This document shows, one piece after another, positions 1 through 11,834 of a DNA stretch of 35,123 nucleotides. The position numbers were made by a program, and so were the translations under genes. Each line of letters begins with the position of its first letter. The stretch's first letter is position 1. Source of the DNA: Diploschistes diacapsis (lineage: Eukaryota); NCBI GenBank assembly GCA_023645945.1, contig JALAIB010000078.1, positions 1 to 35,123 on the forward strand, written 5' to 3'. The notes below the pieces were generated by a model, which saw only the letters and a list, made by a program, of their open reading frames with translations, did not search any database and was not told the DNA's origin.

Positions 1-470
1 CCCCACCACCCACCTCCGCCTCCTCCTCCTTCAGCCCCGCCAGTGGCCTGTTCCCGTGCCTCTGGAGCCCCCTCGTGAGCCCTCTTCCCCAGCTCAGCCG
101 TGGCGTTGTCGACGGGCGGCCGCGCCTGGTGGAACGAGCGCGTGCTATCGGCCGACTTCCTCGCCTGCGCCTGTGTTTGTGTTTGCGATTGTGATCTTTC
201 TTCCGAAGGCCTCCTGCCCGAGCCGGTCTCGGCCGAAGCGCTCCCCGTCGGCGCCGAGCCGGGGACACTGCGCGGGGTGTGCGGTCTGCTCTTGGGCCGC
301 TCCTGGGCGAGATTGTCCAGCTCGGCGAGCAGGTCGGCCTCTTCCCGGGACTGCCTGGAGGAGTGCGTCTTGGGGGCTTCTTTCGTGGAGGAGTCCCCCG
401 TGCCCAGCTCGTCGAATTGGGCGAGGAGCTCCTCGTCCGTTGGACCGGACTTGAATTTTTTGGAAGACAT
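1..470 (-). CDS. MTC1: Maintenance of telomere capping protein 1-like, N-terminal part; runs off the window start
   Basis: Not in the ORF track because there is no stop in the window. ATG at 470 opens MSSKKFKSGPTDEELLAQFDELG...ADLLAELDNLAQERPKSRPHTPR...GGGGWWG with no stop. The DEELLAQFDxLG, LAELxNL, SRPHTPR and GGWWG motifs are typical of Pezizomycotina Mtc1. Confidence 0.8.
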   Translation of the reverse strand, partial: MSSKKFKSGPTDEELLAQFDELGTGDSSTKEAPKTHSSRQSREEADLLAELDNLAQERPKSRPHTPRSVPGSAPTGSASAETGSGRRPSEERSQSQTQTQAQARKSADSTRSFHQARPPVDNATAELGKRAHEGAPEAREQATGGAEGGGGGGGWW

Positions 471-994
471 TTGTGTGGGCTGTTTGGATTGAAGTTTCCC
501 GTGAGCGGGTGTAAAATGGACCACGCAGAACAAGTCTTTTTGCCTGGATGAAGTTCAATTAGACGTTCGCCAAGCTTAGAACTTCAAGAGCTTCCCACTA
601 ATTCCGATTCAGGGGTGCGGCTTTTCGGGCTCAGGTACATGTAATACCAGATGTACTTCCGTATAACTTATGCACAGATATATTCTATCTAAATATAAAA
701 TATACTACCTATGTTGTGGACACTTTCCCTCATCCTAAGTGGAGGCAGAAAGCAGTAGTAAGATTCGAATTTAGTATGCTGCATAAACCCACTAACTCCA
801 AGTATCGTGTATGAGAGCGACATTCAAACTGCCAATGCCAGCATACCTGCGCTCGTGCTAATCTAGCAGCAGGCTGTTATTTGCTGGGGTACCGCATCCG
901 GCAAAAGAGCAAAAATCCATTACCCCCTTTCCCGCCCAAACTGTAATGCCTCAGACGCTGGTCGATGCTACTTTCAATGCTAACTTCGCCATCT

Positions 995-3284
995 TTACTG
1001 TACAATCTGCTGTCTTAGTTTGCTTTCCTGGTTGCCGGCTTTGCCACGCCTTCCCAGCAAGGTTGCATTGTCCAAACTGAGCTCAAAGGCTCCCTTGTTC
1101 TTCCTGGCATGTTGCTTTGCGGCCGCTGCTACCGCTGGACTATGTTGACCGTAGCCCTTCTGCTGAGCCTGTCCTTGTTTTGGAGCAGCGGCTTGCCTAG
1201 CCTGAGCTGCGGCACTCTGATTGCCAAGATTGGCATTTCGCATTTGCCGCTCAACACCGCTTACGTCTGGAGCGGTGCCATCAGGTTTCGGTAATTTGGC
1301 GGGAGGATTATGTTGCGCACCTTTGTATGCCAGATCGTCGTCCTCGTAGTCGTCCTCATCCTCGTCGAGGGCATTCAAGCCATTCATCCCGCCAGCACCT
1401 CGGTAGCCGTGCTTGAAGTTCTTGCGCCTCTTACCTTCTTCTTCCTGACGATGAACAGAATAGCCGACGTCGAAGACCTCACGCAAGTTGACAGCTCCTG
1501 GAGAACGAAAGTCCATGCGACGAACACCTCCTCCAGGTGTCTCAAGGAACTGGGCAGAAATAGGCTCGGCCGATTGTCTGCCCGCAGATTGGAAGCCATA
1601 TTCCAGCCTCAGCCGTGCCGGGGTGGCTAATGGAGGTGCATCAAAAGCGGCAGTAGTAGGTTCGTTCGTCTTTCTTATCCACGGATGTTGGAGGAATTCT
1701 TCGATTGTGTATCTCTTCTCAGGGTCAACTGTAAGAAGGTGAGAAACCAAATCCTGCGCAGATTTCGAGATGTCGTCCCACCATGGCGATAGGAACGTGT
1801 ATTGGCCGCGAGCCACCTTCTCTGTAAGAACCTGTATACTTTCATCATAGAACGGCGGGAAGCCGCAGAGTAAAGTGTACAACACGCATCCCATCGCCCA
1901 CATGTCAACGCTCTTCGAGTATCGCTCGTCTTTGACAATTTCCGGGGCTGTGTAGCCGACCGTTCCACATGGCGTCATTGTTTGACTGTCCCAGACAACT
2001 TTGGAAAGACCGAAATCGGCAATCTTAATCTGACCGATTCCTCCGGCTCCGACACCGGGAATGAACTCCCCTTCATCGGCCTTATCTTCATCTTCGGGAG
2101 CCTTAGGCCTTGGACTCCTGGATGGGATGAAGGGAACTGGATAGAAAAGTAAATTCTCCGGTTTGATGTCACTAACAAGCTTAGCTTCGTTACCCCCCAT
2201 GGATGTGACCACACTTACCGGTGGACAACGCCCTTCTCCTCATGAAGGTAGTACAAGGCTTTGGCAACTTGCAAAATGACATGCCGACTAAGGTCCTCGC
2301 TAAAGTACGTCAATCTGACAATCTGGTGGAAGAGTTCACCCCCCGGGCAGAGTTCGAGAACGATGTAGTAGAACTGAGGAGATTCGGAAAAGGACACTAG
2401 CTTGACGATGTTAGGATGGTCGAGATTCCTCATGATCTGAACCTCCTTCAAAATGTTTGCTCTCTGCACATAGACACGCGAATTAGCTAACGCTCTTGTA
2501 GCTTGTCGAAGTAGCACATATTGGAAGAGTTGTTAGAGGGAAGGCTAGCGCACCTCAACAACCTTGGGTTGCTTCTTGAAATCGGGATGTAGGTGTTTAT
2601 CGCCCTAGCACAAAAGCAAATTGGCCAAAGGGTCAGGCATGGTGAGAAGTAATAGCAGTACATAGGTTCAAACGACAAGGTTAATTTAGGACGGAAGAAC
2701 GAGCCAATCCGTAAGCGGCATTGCATACTCACCTGGCTTGAGTTCATCTCATATTTCCTTACGACTTTGATGGCAACTTCTGTAAATTCTCCGGTCAGGT
2801 CCCTGGCACGGTAGACGTTGCTAAAAGCACCATCTCCCATTTTCTCAACCAGCTGGAAGCGTTCCAAGCCCGGGTATTTGGGAAACTTTCCCTTAGCTTC
2901 CCGCTCTTCGGCGACTATCCGCTCGAGTTCTGTGGGATCGAAATCTTTCTTACGCTCCTTTGAGCCACCCTGGTTGATCTTCTGCCCATCCGCGGCCCTT
3001 TGAGCAGCAACGCCGCCAGCTTGGGCGGCAACATTTCGATGATCGATGTTGGCTGCCGAATAATCCTGAGCAAGTTGAACGTTCTGCTGAATTGGGTTGT
3101 GTTCCAACACAGTCGGTTCGCTGACTCCATACTGTTGATGCTGTTTCTGAATCGGCGGCTGGTAACGCTGTTGTTGCGCGTGAACAGGCGAGACTGAAGT
3201 GGTAGGGTCTGCGTGCGTGTTGTTGGCTGGTTTGGCTTGTTTACCATGACGAATGAAATTCTTCAGGTTTTGAATTGTCGACAT
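995..3284 (-). CDS. srkA: CAMK-group MAPK-activated Ser/Thr kinase (Srk1/Rck2/SrkA type); exons 3284-2733, 2604-2554, 2463-2219, 2171-995
   Basis: N-terminus MSTIQNLKNFIRHGK; kinase motifs GDGAFS, VAIK, HRDIKPEN, DFG, PCGTVGYTAPE; family insert DEGEFIPGVGAGGIG. Three GT-AG introns join in frame. Confidence 0.92.
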
Positions 3285-3735
3285 GGTGGTATTGAATTGC
3301 TCGGAGACCAAGTAAAGGATCAGTACAGGTCAATACTGTGTATGACGGGTTTGACCTGGTCCGAATAATAGATAGAAACTGTGGGAAAAACTTCGGCCGT
3401 TGGAGATTTTCGATAGGTGACCGGGAGATCCAAAGATCGGTGTTGAAGTCTTTTGCCACGAGACTTGAATGTAGATTGGTAATGGCTGGAGTGGCAGACG
3501 GACGAACAGTAGCTTGGAAATAGGCGAATGCTTTCTGAGTCGGACGGTAGAGCTTCTCAGCCACGTCGATGGGCTCGCAATAACATGGGACTTCGAGCAG
3601 TTTCCAGTAATTCTAGCATTAGCATTCACCAGGCAGTGGGATGAAAGATGGGCGCCGCGATTCTTACGTTGGTTTAAAAAGGCTACAATGGGGCCCCACG
3701 ATACATAGGTAAGGAAGGGCGGGAGGGAAATGATA

Positions 3736-3996
3736 TGACGTCGTAGCTTGGAGAGATAAAATCCCAGACGCCCGTATCAACAGTTACAGTACGAACATCG
3801 ATACTACATGCAAGATAATCGTATAGAATCCTGATGGCGTATTTCAATACAATATAATATAATACCATAATATATAATACAGTATAATATAGTACAGTAT
3901 AACATAATACAATACAATACAATACAACTTCCGCACATGCAGGTATCCTGTTTTGCAGGGCTCGCTTATGGTGAACTGGTGGGCAGTGAGTGACGT
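3736..3996. promoter_or_regulatory. Two CRE-like TGACGT sites (3736-3741, 3991-3996) upstream of the kinase
   Basis: Motif match only. Srk1-type genes are targets of the stress MAPK/Atf1 pathway in fission yeast. Confidence 0.3.
3846..3927. repeat. Degenerate pentanucleotide microsatellite (AATAC/AATAT/AGTAT/AGTAC)n, about 16 units
   Basis: Directly visible: aatac aatat aatat aatac ... agtat aacat aatac aatac aatac aatac. Confidence 0.85.
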
Positions 3997-4917
3997 ATTA
4001 CAGCCAAGCCCCATCATCCACATGATGATCAATTCAAATCCGTCAGCTACTAGTTGTGGTCTAATCTGTTTTTGGCCATGATAAGGCTCCACGACCTCCT
4101 CCTCACAGAACAGTACGTGATACAATAACCTGGCCTCCTCAATTCGTGACAGAAATCTCATTATATTAGAAGTGCTCCTTTTATTCGCATACTTATACTT
4201 TGCCTGAAGTGACCCAACATTTGGTCTTTTGTCGATGCGTCGGTATCTAATTATAGATTCTTCTCTGTTTACAACTTTCCTCTGTGTCTCATGCGCCTTT
4301 AAAGTCTAGTACACATGTGCTTTGCGATGATGCATCGATGCATCGACCTTTTGTCGTCGCAGAGTTAGTCATTGCGCCCAGGGGGCCGGGCCCGCTAGAA
4401 GGCACCCCGGGGGGAAGAGAACGACAACTTCGGAAGCACGGTTCTTTCTGCTTGGCTTCTCGCGTGCGATCTCGTGGTCAAGACTTTAAATTAGGGCTGT
4501 GGAGAATAGCGCTTTAGCGTCACAAGGCCCGCCTTTCAACCTCCCATCTGCCAAATCTCGGTGGTGGTGGTTCGTAAAGGAGATGCTATTGAATCTCTCT
4601 AAGAAGTTAGCAGAGCTGTTTCCAGAGCGAAATTAACATCAAGCCTTGCGTCGCTCATCCCTCCGTGGTTACACGAGGACAAGGAATGTGGAACGCGACC
4701 GCAGTCGAGTCCTCGTGCGCTGTTTTCGCCTACCTGCATTACGGAACTTGTCCGGCCTCACTCCTTCATCGTACACACTTTCGCGGATCTTATAGATTCT
4801 TGGATCATCTTTCGAAGTGCAACAAGATCTCTAAACTCGCTGCGGGCCTTAGCGACATGACAAGCCTAGTGCCGACGGTTAACGAGGTCTGAGAACGCCC
4901 ACAAACTCAACTCTCTG

Positions 4918-7632
4918 ATGGAGCCCACACCTGAGAGATGCGCTAGGCTAAGGGCTCATAAGGCGTTGCCACGGAAAAGAATAGTCTCGGACATCTTGAA
5001 GGAGGGTAGAAAAGGTGACAAGGCCTCGCAGAGAGCTTCGGAGCCTCCTGGAAAAGATGCTAATATCGCGTCTTGGATCGCAAACGCTTCTCCTACAACG
5101 TCAAACCCAAACCAACATCTTCCCTTAACGCCTCCGTCATTACCTCATGAAGACAGTGATAATGTCTTGTCACAAGAGAAGCAGCACCCTCGACTTTCAC
5201 TGGTACTGGCAGATCGAAACGTCACTGCGACCACCCAAAATACCCCACCGACACCTGAATTGACTCCTCCGTATAAATATCCCCGAAAGCCTTATGATGC
5301 AATTTTGTTTGGATTGAGATACCCATCATCCATCTCTCAAGCGGATTCCTTCAAAACTGCACAGGAATATGCCGCCTCTGAACAAGACCTAGCTTTCGGG
5401 TCAACTCCTAGGATGGACCACACGAGCAGCACAGCCAGCAATACCAAGGAAAAGGAGCATTCACTTGTGACACCACAGCACGCATCGAGTGTTGGTCTTG
5501 GTTTGACTATGAACCTCGACGAGAGACATAGCTCTTCAACAATGCGGACCCCAAGAGCTTTGCAAAGCCCACAAGCCGTTCCAGAGCCTGCAGAAACTAC
5601 CATGTCCTACGTTGAGAATGATCCTTTCACGATAGTCGAGACAGCTGCCGTTCGTCACATGTCAAAAAGACATCTCGGCGAAGCATCCACCAATCTCGAA
5701 GAGAATGGAGATCACCAACAAGTTATGCCAGATGATTTCCAGGTGCCTCTAGACCGCGCACTCTTGCTTCGTAACCGCATTGAGGCGAGCAGAAGACGGG
5801 AGGCTCGGAACTCAATAGTCGAGCTAGAAGAACGGACTGTTTCGCCACAAAGCAACAGGAGCAGATTATCCAGCCCGGACTCATTACCAGCCGATACTAA
5901 AAGGATATCTCAGCTCTCAACTGGATCATCGGCTGTGGTTGAAGCCGTTGTTCTTGATACCCCCAAACGTCGAAAACAAAAGCTACGGCATTGCAGCAAG
6001 AACGCCTCCCTGAGAGATGCCGGCTCTCCAGTCAGTGGTTCGAATAGGAGTTCTCTAGTCTCTAGCGAGGCAAAATCTCGTTTGCAACCCAAGGCAGCAG
6101 TGACTCCAATAAATAGGAACAGGACTAGCCTCAACTCCGATAGTGGAATCAGTATGGGATTTGAGTTTATCCACAAGGAACCCGATACTCCTTACAAGGA
6201 AGTTGGGGGTAAAGAACCATCGCTAAGAGCGTCTTCCAATGAGCGAAAATTAAATCGATCGATAGCTTCTGATCACGCATACAATGCAAGCTCCAGGCCT
6301 ACAACAGCACCTGAAGGTGCCTCACCAAAAGTGAGAGCGACCAGTCTACCCCTGCGCTCTGTGTCAGATATAGGTTCAAAGCCGCCATTGGAGAACCGAG
6401 GGCGTGAACTACAACGCAGTAAGCTGACAATACCGCAACGAACCTCCTCTCTCTCAGCGCCGACGACGCGTAACCACTCGAGAGCAGCTACTCTGATGTC
6501 AGGCGATCGAGCCAAAGTGAGTGAAGTGGAACATCTTGAGTTTTCAGAGGGACGCTGCGCTTCAAGTGCGAAGGAAGTACCCGCAATCTCAATTGAGCCA
6601 GGCGACAGCTGCCCTGAGGACCATCAGCGAGTCGTCAAACTCCGTCCAAGCTTGACCAGAACGCCAATCTCGGTGGTATCTGCAGCTTCCTTTCAATCGT
6701 CTACTCCTGGACCGGTAGAACTGAATGAAGCTACTGCAATTAGTATATATCCCCACAATAACAAGTCGGTGCTTGTTGTACAGCATTCGACGACCAAGGG
6801 CCTAGAGAAGGCGACGACTTCGGCACGTCTTACGAACAATGTAACGGTAGAGCTTCGGAATCCCGCCGAGAACAGACCTCTCCCGCTGTCAAGGGTAGTC
6901 GCCAATAGTGATAACGGAGGGATCCTTGATCATTCACCAGCTAGGCCGGCTGTCGTTCTAATTCCCCCTACGCCGGCTAATGCACCTCTTCGTGGTGAAG
7001 CAGGTGAAGTGGTTATCGTTGGACAATGGAAGCGATCAGCCTCCGGCCCTTTCTCATCTATCAAAAGGGCATTCTCGGCCCGCCGTTACTCTGACACAGT
7101 CATTGCTCCACTGTCAAAGCTATTACCTGCACAGTCCGACGTCATTGTGAAGAAGAGAACCAAGATCGACAGCGGCAGCAGGGCACTATCGCCCTTCTGG
7201 CGGCCCCGTGGCTTCTGGGATGATTTCTCCGACAACGAGAGTAACGGTGAGGAATATAGCCATGTGCGCAACACCGTAGGTTTGCCCCAGAAACGCGTAG
7301 TCACCGGACCCGTCGGATTAGTTCGACGGCTAGGTCCATTGAAAAAAAGGATAGAGACCACATTACCAAATGGATACCCTACTGAAAGACGCCTGTCCAT
7401 GCCAACTCTTCGGTCGAGAAGTTACGGTAGTGCCGAGGGGATGACTACAGTATTCAAAGATAGACTCCGTCGGTGGTCGTCCGACGACAACAATCCTATC
7501 TCGAACTTCTACGAGAATCTGAAGAGGAAGAAGGCAGAGCGTGCAGAGGCGAAGCAAGGAAAAGAGAGGGAGCGCTTGAAGAGGAGTATCAAGCCAGTCC
7601 TGCCGCAGGGCCTGGTTTCCGTCTTTGAATGA
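4918..7632 (+). CDS. Large Ser/Pro-rich, mostly disordered hypothetical protein (904 aa)
   Basis: Single 2.7-kb ORF. Short blocks look conserved: PPTPELTPP, EATAISIYPHNNKSVLVVQ, LSPFWRPRGFWDDFSD, NTVGLP. Confidence 0.85.
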   Translation: MEPTPERCARLRAHKALPRKRIVSDILKEGRKGDKASQRASEPPGKDANIASWIANASPTTSNPNQHLPLTPPSLPHEDSDNVLSQEKQHPRLSLVLADRNVTATTQNTPPTPELTPPYKYPRKPYDAILFGLRYPSSISQADSFKTAQEYAASEQDLAFGSTPRMDHTSSTASNTKEKEHSLVTPQHASSVGLGLTMNLDERHSSSTMRTPRALQSPQAVPEPAETTMSYVENDPFTIVETAAVRHMSKRHLGEASTNLEENGDHQQVMPDDFQVPLDRALLLRNRIEASRRREARNSIVELEERTVSPQSNRSRLSSPDSLPADTKRISQLSTGSSAVVEAVVLDTPKRRKQKLRHCSKNASLRDAGSPVSGSNRSSLVSSEAKSRLQPKAAVTPINRNRTSLNSDSGISMGFEFIHKEPDTPYKEVGGKEPSLRASSNERKLNRSIASDHAYNASSRPTTAPEGASPKVRATSLPLRSVSDIGSKPPLENRGRELQRSKLTIPQRTSSLSAPTTRNHSRAATLMSGDRAKVSEVEHLEFSEGRCASSAKEVPAISIEPGDSCPEDHQRVVKLRPSLTRTPISVVSAASFQSSTPGPVELNEATAISIYPHNNKSVLVVQHSTTKGLEKATTSARLTNNVTVELRNPAENRPLPLSRVVANSDNGGILDHSPARPAVVLIPPTPANAPLRGEAGEVVIVGQWKRSASGPFSSIKRAFSARRYSDTVIAPLSKLLPAQSDVIVKKRTKIDSGSRALSPFWRPRGFWDDFSDNESNGEEYSHVRNTVGLPQKRVVTGPVGLVRRLGPLKKRIETTLPNGYPTERRLSMPTLRSRSYGSAEGMTTVFKDRLRRWSSDDNNPISNFYENLKRKKAERAEAKQGKERERLKRSIKPVLPQGLVSVFE

Positions 7633-7890
7633 ATCATGTGGGTCACATCATTGCATCAATATTTTATGAAACTCGGATGACAAGGTACGAGGTTATGGCA
7701 TGTATTATCTATGGATGCTCACGATTAATGCTTTTACGACTCTTGATGGGTTATGGTCAGCATATCGTTTGTTTGTGCGAGCTTCATCTGGTATGGGCTT
7801 ATTTTCTGACGATGACCGAGAAAATTAGATTGATTGAATTTCACACAACAACTCATGCTATAGAAGTGGTGGTGTTGTGCTTGCAAACTG

Positions 7891-8183
7891 CTAATGCTTC
7901 TTCGTAGCCAAAACCCTCGGGAGAACTTGTTCGTTCAGAAACGGCTGCGGAGTGTTGGTAGAGTAGAATTTAGAAGCTGGACATGGTCATTTCAAAGGGA
8001 GTCCCCTACAACAAGGGAATGGTTCTCGTGCTCCATACCTTTGACCTTCTGCTGCCGATCCGGACGTACTATATCCACCTCATGCGATGTTCTTGTTCCC
8101 GGATTCGATGACGAAGTTCGGGCCCTCTGAGGTGGAGCCTTCAATGGGCCTCGGAGGAGACCTCTGGAATCGGACTTGGGCAT
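7891..8183 (-). CDS. Possible small orphan gene (76 aa); exons 8183-8039 and 7976-7891
   Basis: TATATAA about 100 nt upstream (8283-8289 minus). A 62-nt intron AAAG|GTATGG...ATGAC...CCAG removes the stop and joins an open 28-codon exon. No recognisable homology. Confidence 0.3.
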
Positions 8184-8846
8184 CTCTGTCTGCAGGAAAG
8201 AAGAAGAGAGTCAAGTCGTGGCAGCCGCAGCGGATGAAGCTATGGGCACAATTTATTAGCTGAAAGGAGATCCCTCCTAGCTTATATACTTCCTGTATTT
8301 TCTTTCACATAACTTGTTGGCGGCTCCTTATATTGTTATCCAATTCTTTTTGCCATATGTCTTTTAGGGGTACAGCACCAGGCATTATTATCAAGAAGAG
8401 AGTAATTTGCATACCAAAAACCTCTCCGGCCACTTTAGGCCCACAGAAGGGCTGGAGAGATGCTTCGTATAAATTGTAAAGTTATGTTTTGAAATATCTG
8501 GAGAGAACTTCACGCAGTTCAGACCTATTTCGCGCTGGCTCTGGTATTGTGCAAATGGTTCTTCAATATCGCGTGAGTACCTAGTATACCTATATTCAAT
8601 TCTGGAAAACCAGGTTAGCACGTGGCAAGGGGCTTTACGCATTTTTTATACTTCCCCGCATAAAGAGGCCGGATCACCCACTCACTTCGGTGATCCACCT
8701 CGAACCAGAGCTCAAAGCTCAGCCGGCGAACTGCAAAGCATAGCGATATCGGTCTCCAACCTCTCCTAGTCATCCCGACTTCGCAGTCGCAGGCCAATGG
8801 GCAGGCTCAACCCCTAACAACGGCCGTTGCATCTCAGGCTGGTCGC

Positions 8847-11366
8847 ATGGATACTTCATCTCCCCTGCAGGCGGCCATACCGGCTGCGCAAAAACGCAAC
8901 GGTCATATCAAAGCCGAGACCTCGCACAGTTCGGGCCCTCTCAGCCCGCAGAATTCACCCACATGTCCTACCACGTTGCGCAAGTTATCGCGGGACTCTA
9001 CTCTGGGACCCAGCCCCGGCAGCACTCATGCTTCTTACGAGGACCGCGACGAGGGCAGGGTGAGTGTGAAGCGCGCCTGCAATGAGTGCCGGCAGCAAAA
9101 GGTATGTAGGTTGAGTCACTCTGTTGACTTGATATGTCTTGACAGGCAATGCCTGCGCTCTGATAACCTGTCGCCACAAACTCGCTGACAGTCAATGGCT
9201 TAGCTACGCTGCAATGTCGTGCAGGAGCCCTTCTCGTCCTGTACGCGCTGCAAGAAAGGCAACCTGGAGTGCCGCATCGATGCCAACTTCAAGCGCGTGG
9301 GCAAGAGGAAGCGGAATGCGGAAATGGAGGAAGAGCTGAACGATTTGCGGAAGCAGCTCGCAAAGAACCTGTCTCCCGTATCAGATCACACGCCTGCGTC
9401 CGCTAGTAACCATCACGCTGCTGTATTGCAAAGTCCTGCGAGCCTGGTGGATTACATGGAGTCACACGATGTCGTTGGAGCGCTGGTGGACATGAAGCGG
9501 GGCATTGGCGGATCTAGATCCTCGAAAACAAGGTCGAGAAAGCTCGATGATGTCTTCCTATCCGGAGATGGGATCGAAGAGCTGTTCGATATGTGAGAGA
9601 ATCCAAAAGCTTGGGCACGTGGGGGACTTAACACATCGATAGATTCTTCAAGTATTATCGCCCGTACCAGCCTCTCGTCGACTCAGATAAGTCTCCGAAT
9701 TGGTATTACGATGTTAATCATCTTCTGTTTTGGACAATTATCGCCATCGGAGCTCGGCACTATGAACCTGATCCAACCCTGCTGGAGTCGTTAGCCAAGC
9801 CCGTGAGCAAGCTCATGTGGGCCACGGTCGCCGAAGTGCCACAGAGCTACTACGTCGTCAAAGCACTTTGCCTGCTGTGTGTCTGGCCTTTGCCCATCAG
9901 CTCCACTTCCTCCGATTCAACCATGATGATTGCTGGCTTAATGATCCAGATAGCCAGACAAATTGGCTTGCATAGACCTTCGCACGCCCAGGACTTTTCG
10001 AAATTCAAAGTCGAGCTTCGGGAAGAGGAGCTAAGGGACCGCGTCAAAACCTGGGCTGCCTGCAATGTTGTTGCTCAAAGGTGCGGGAACCAAACCACGG
10101 TGAAGACTTTCCGCTAACTCAGGGGTGTGCAGAGTTGCTACAGGATACGGTCAGCCTGCGCTCTCAGCCTACGATTGGACCCTTGCACCAATGCGCAAGC
10201 AGGAAGATGAGTCACGTCCCGCAGGCTTTAAGCTTCCAGAAGAAATGAATGCCCGACTACGGATTGAACAATATGTGGATAAGGTTACCCGTATACTGTA
10301 CAATAACACTGCAAATCCTGTCGGCCTCGCGGACGCGAAGCAGAAACCGGTGGTCGTAAGCGTGCTCATCCGAGATTTGGAGCAGCTTGAGGATAGTTTC
10401 AAGGATCACTCCGATATACCAGGTAAGGGTTGTAGCCATTGCCCACTTCCCAGAACAAAGCGCTTACTTACTCGGATAGCGATGAACACCTTGTACATAC
10501 GAGCGGCGGCTCTTCATCTTCATTTGAGCGTCTTCTTTGATTCTCCAACAACAGAGACTTACAACGACGATCTGAGGGCCCTGTGGTTCGCAACATCGAA
10601 CTTTTTGCAGCAGGCTTTCGGGCTTGAAACTCAACATGGAGCGATCATCAAGTTTGCAACAAACTACATCCTTCAGGTGATCATCGCTGCCGGATTCGTT
10701 TTGCTCAAGCTTCTGAACTCCTCTTTCGTACGGCACATTGATTTCAACCACGGCAGAGCTTTGTTTATTAGGACTGTAGAGACCATTCGTCTGATCAGCA
10801 TCACCTCCCATGATCTGCCAAGCCGGCTGGCAGAAGTTCTCGTTCAGCTCTGGAGAACCGGCGATGCAGCGAGACGGGGACACAAAAACCCCCTCTCTGG
10901 ACCCGATCATTCCTTACAGCTCAAAGTCAAGTGTCGCATGTCCATGAGCCTGGTCTTCGATTCTGTTTGGAGGTGGCGCCAGGAGTTCAGTAATGAGGGC
11001 TACGCGAAGCTCGAAGGTAAGATCCCCAGCACTTCGTCTCGATCGAGAGTGTCTTAGGTGTTGCTAGCTGCCCTCAACAACCCAACCAACCCGGAGTATG
11101 CCGACTCATTCTCAACATCAGGCCCCGCCACCGCGCGCACCCCGCAGCCGCCCGACATGCCTCCTTTCTCAAAGCCCATCGACGCAACACTGGCACCGCC
11201 TTCCTCAACCGGAATCAGCCGAGGTACCACACCCGCTTTTCTTGAGGGTTTCGGCGAGTGGAACAACGAAGTCTTTGATCCGTTGAGCTGGACTTTGGAC
11301 GGGCTGGTAGAATTACCTTTCCCTATCGGGCCGCAGCCGATGGAGTTCGATCCATGGGTAACTTGA
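8847..11366 (+). CDS. leuB: Zn(II)2Cys6 transcription factor, Leu3/LeuB type; exons 8847-9101, 9204-9592, 9643-10080, 10133-10422, 10480-11016, 11068-11366
   Basis: Spliced cluster ACNECRQQKLRCNVVQEPFSSCTRCKKGNLEC followed by NFKRVGKRKRNAEME; middle homology region; RMSMSLVFDSVWRWR; acidic-hydrophobic C-terminal activation tail. Confidence 0.85.
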
Positions 11367-11834
11367 TTTGAGCAACGAAACCCTACGAAGTGTGACATCG
11401 GTTATCTGTAGGGGACTGTCTGGTCAAGGTATCTGATGTAGACTTGGATATTGTGAGAACTATGGGAAAGCGTCGGAGTCTCCGGTTGGAAATAGTTTTG
11501 ACATGGACATGGAATACGAGGAACGGCTATCTAATGAGTTGAAAACGATACACAAGTACGATACCCGCAATTATTATAGTATACTTAGTATAAATCAAAA
11601 CCCTTTAAACAGTTGCTCCCAATGATAGGGATGGACAACTTTTGGATATTTCGAGTTGGCGCGAAATTACCGCGCCCTGCGCGCCAAGGTCCATTGGGAA
11701 CGTCGAAGCTTCTCCCTCTGCTTCTGTCACCATTTCCATTCAACAAACCGCCTTCGGCATCTGGATTTCGACAACGGCTGAGCTAGGCTGGTGAATGCAC
11801 AGTTTACCCAAGCGTATGCGAGTCTTTGCCGACT

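Noticed and set aside
56..558. ORF-track entries at the window start
   Set aside because: Alternative or antisense frames of the MTC1-like CDS that starts at 470.
11660..11666. SCB-like CGCGAAA upstream of the F-box gene
   Set aside because: A single short motif is not enough without conservation data.
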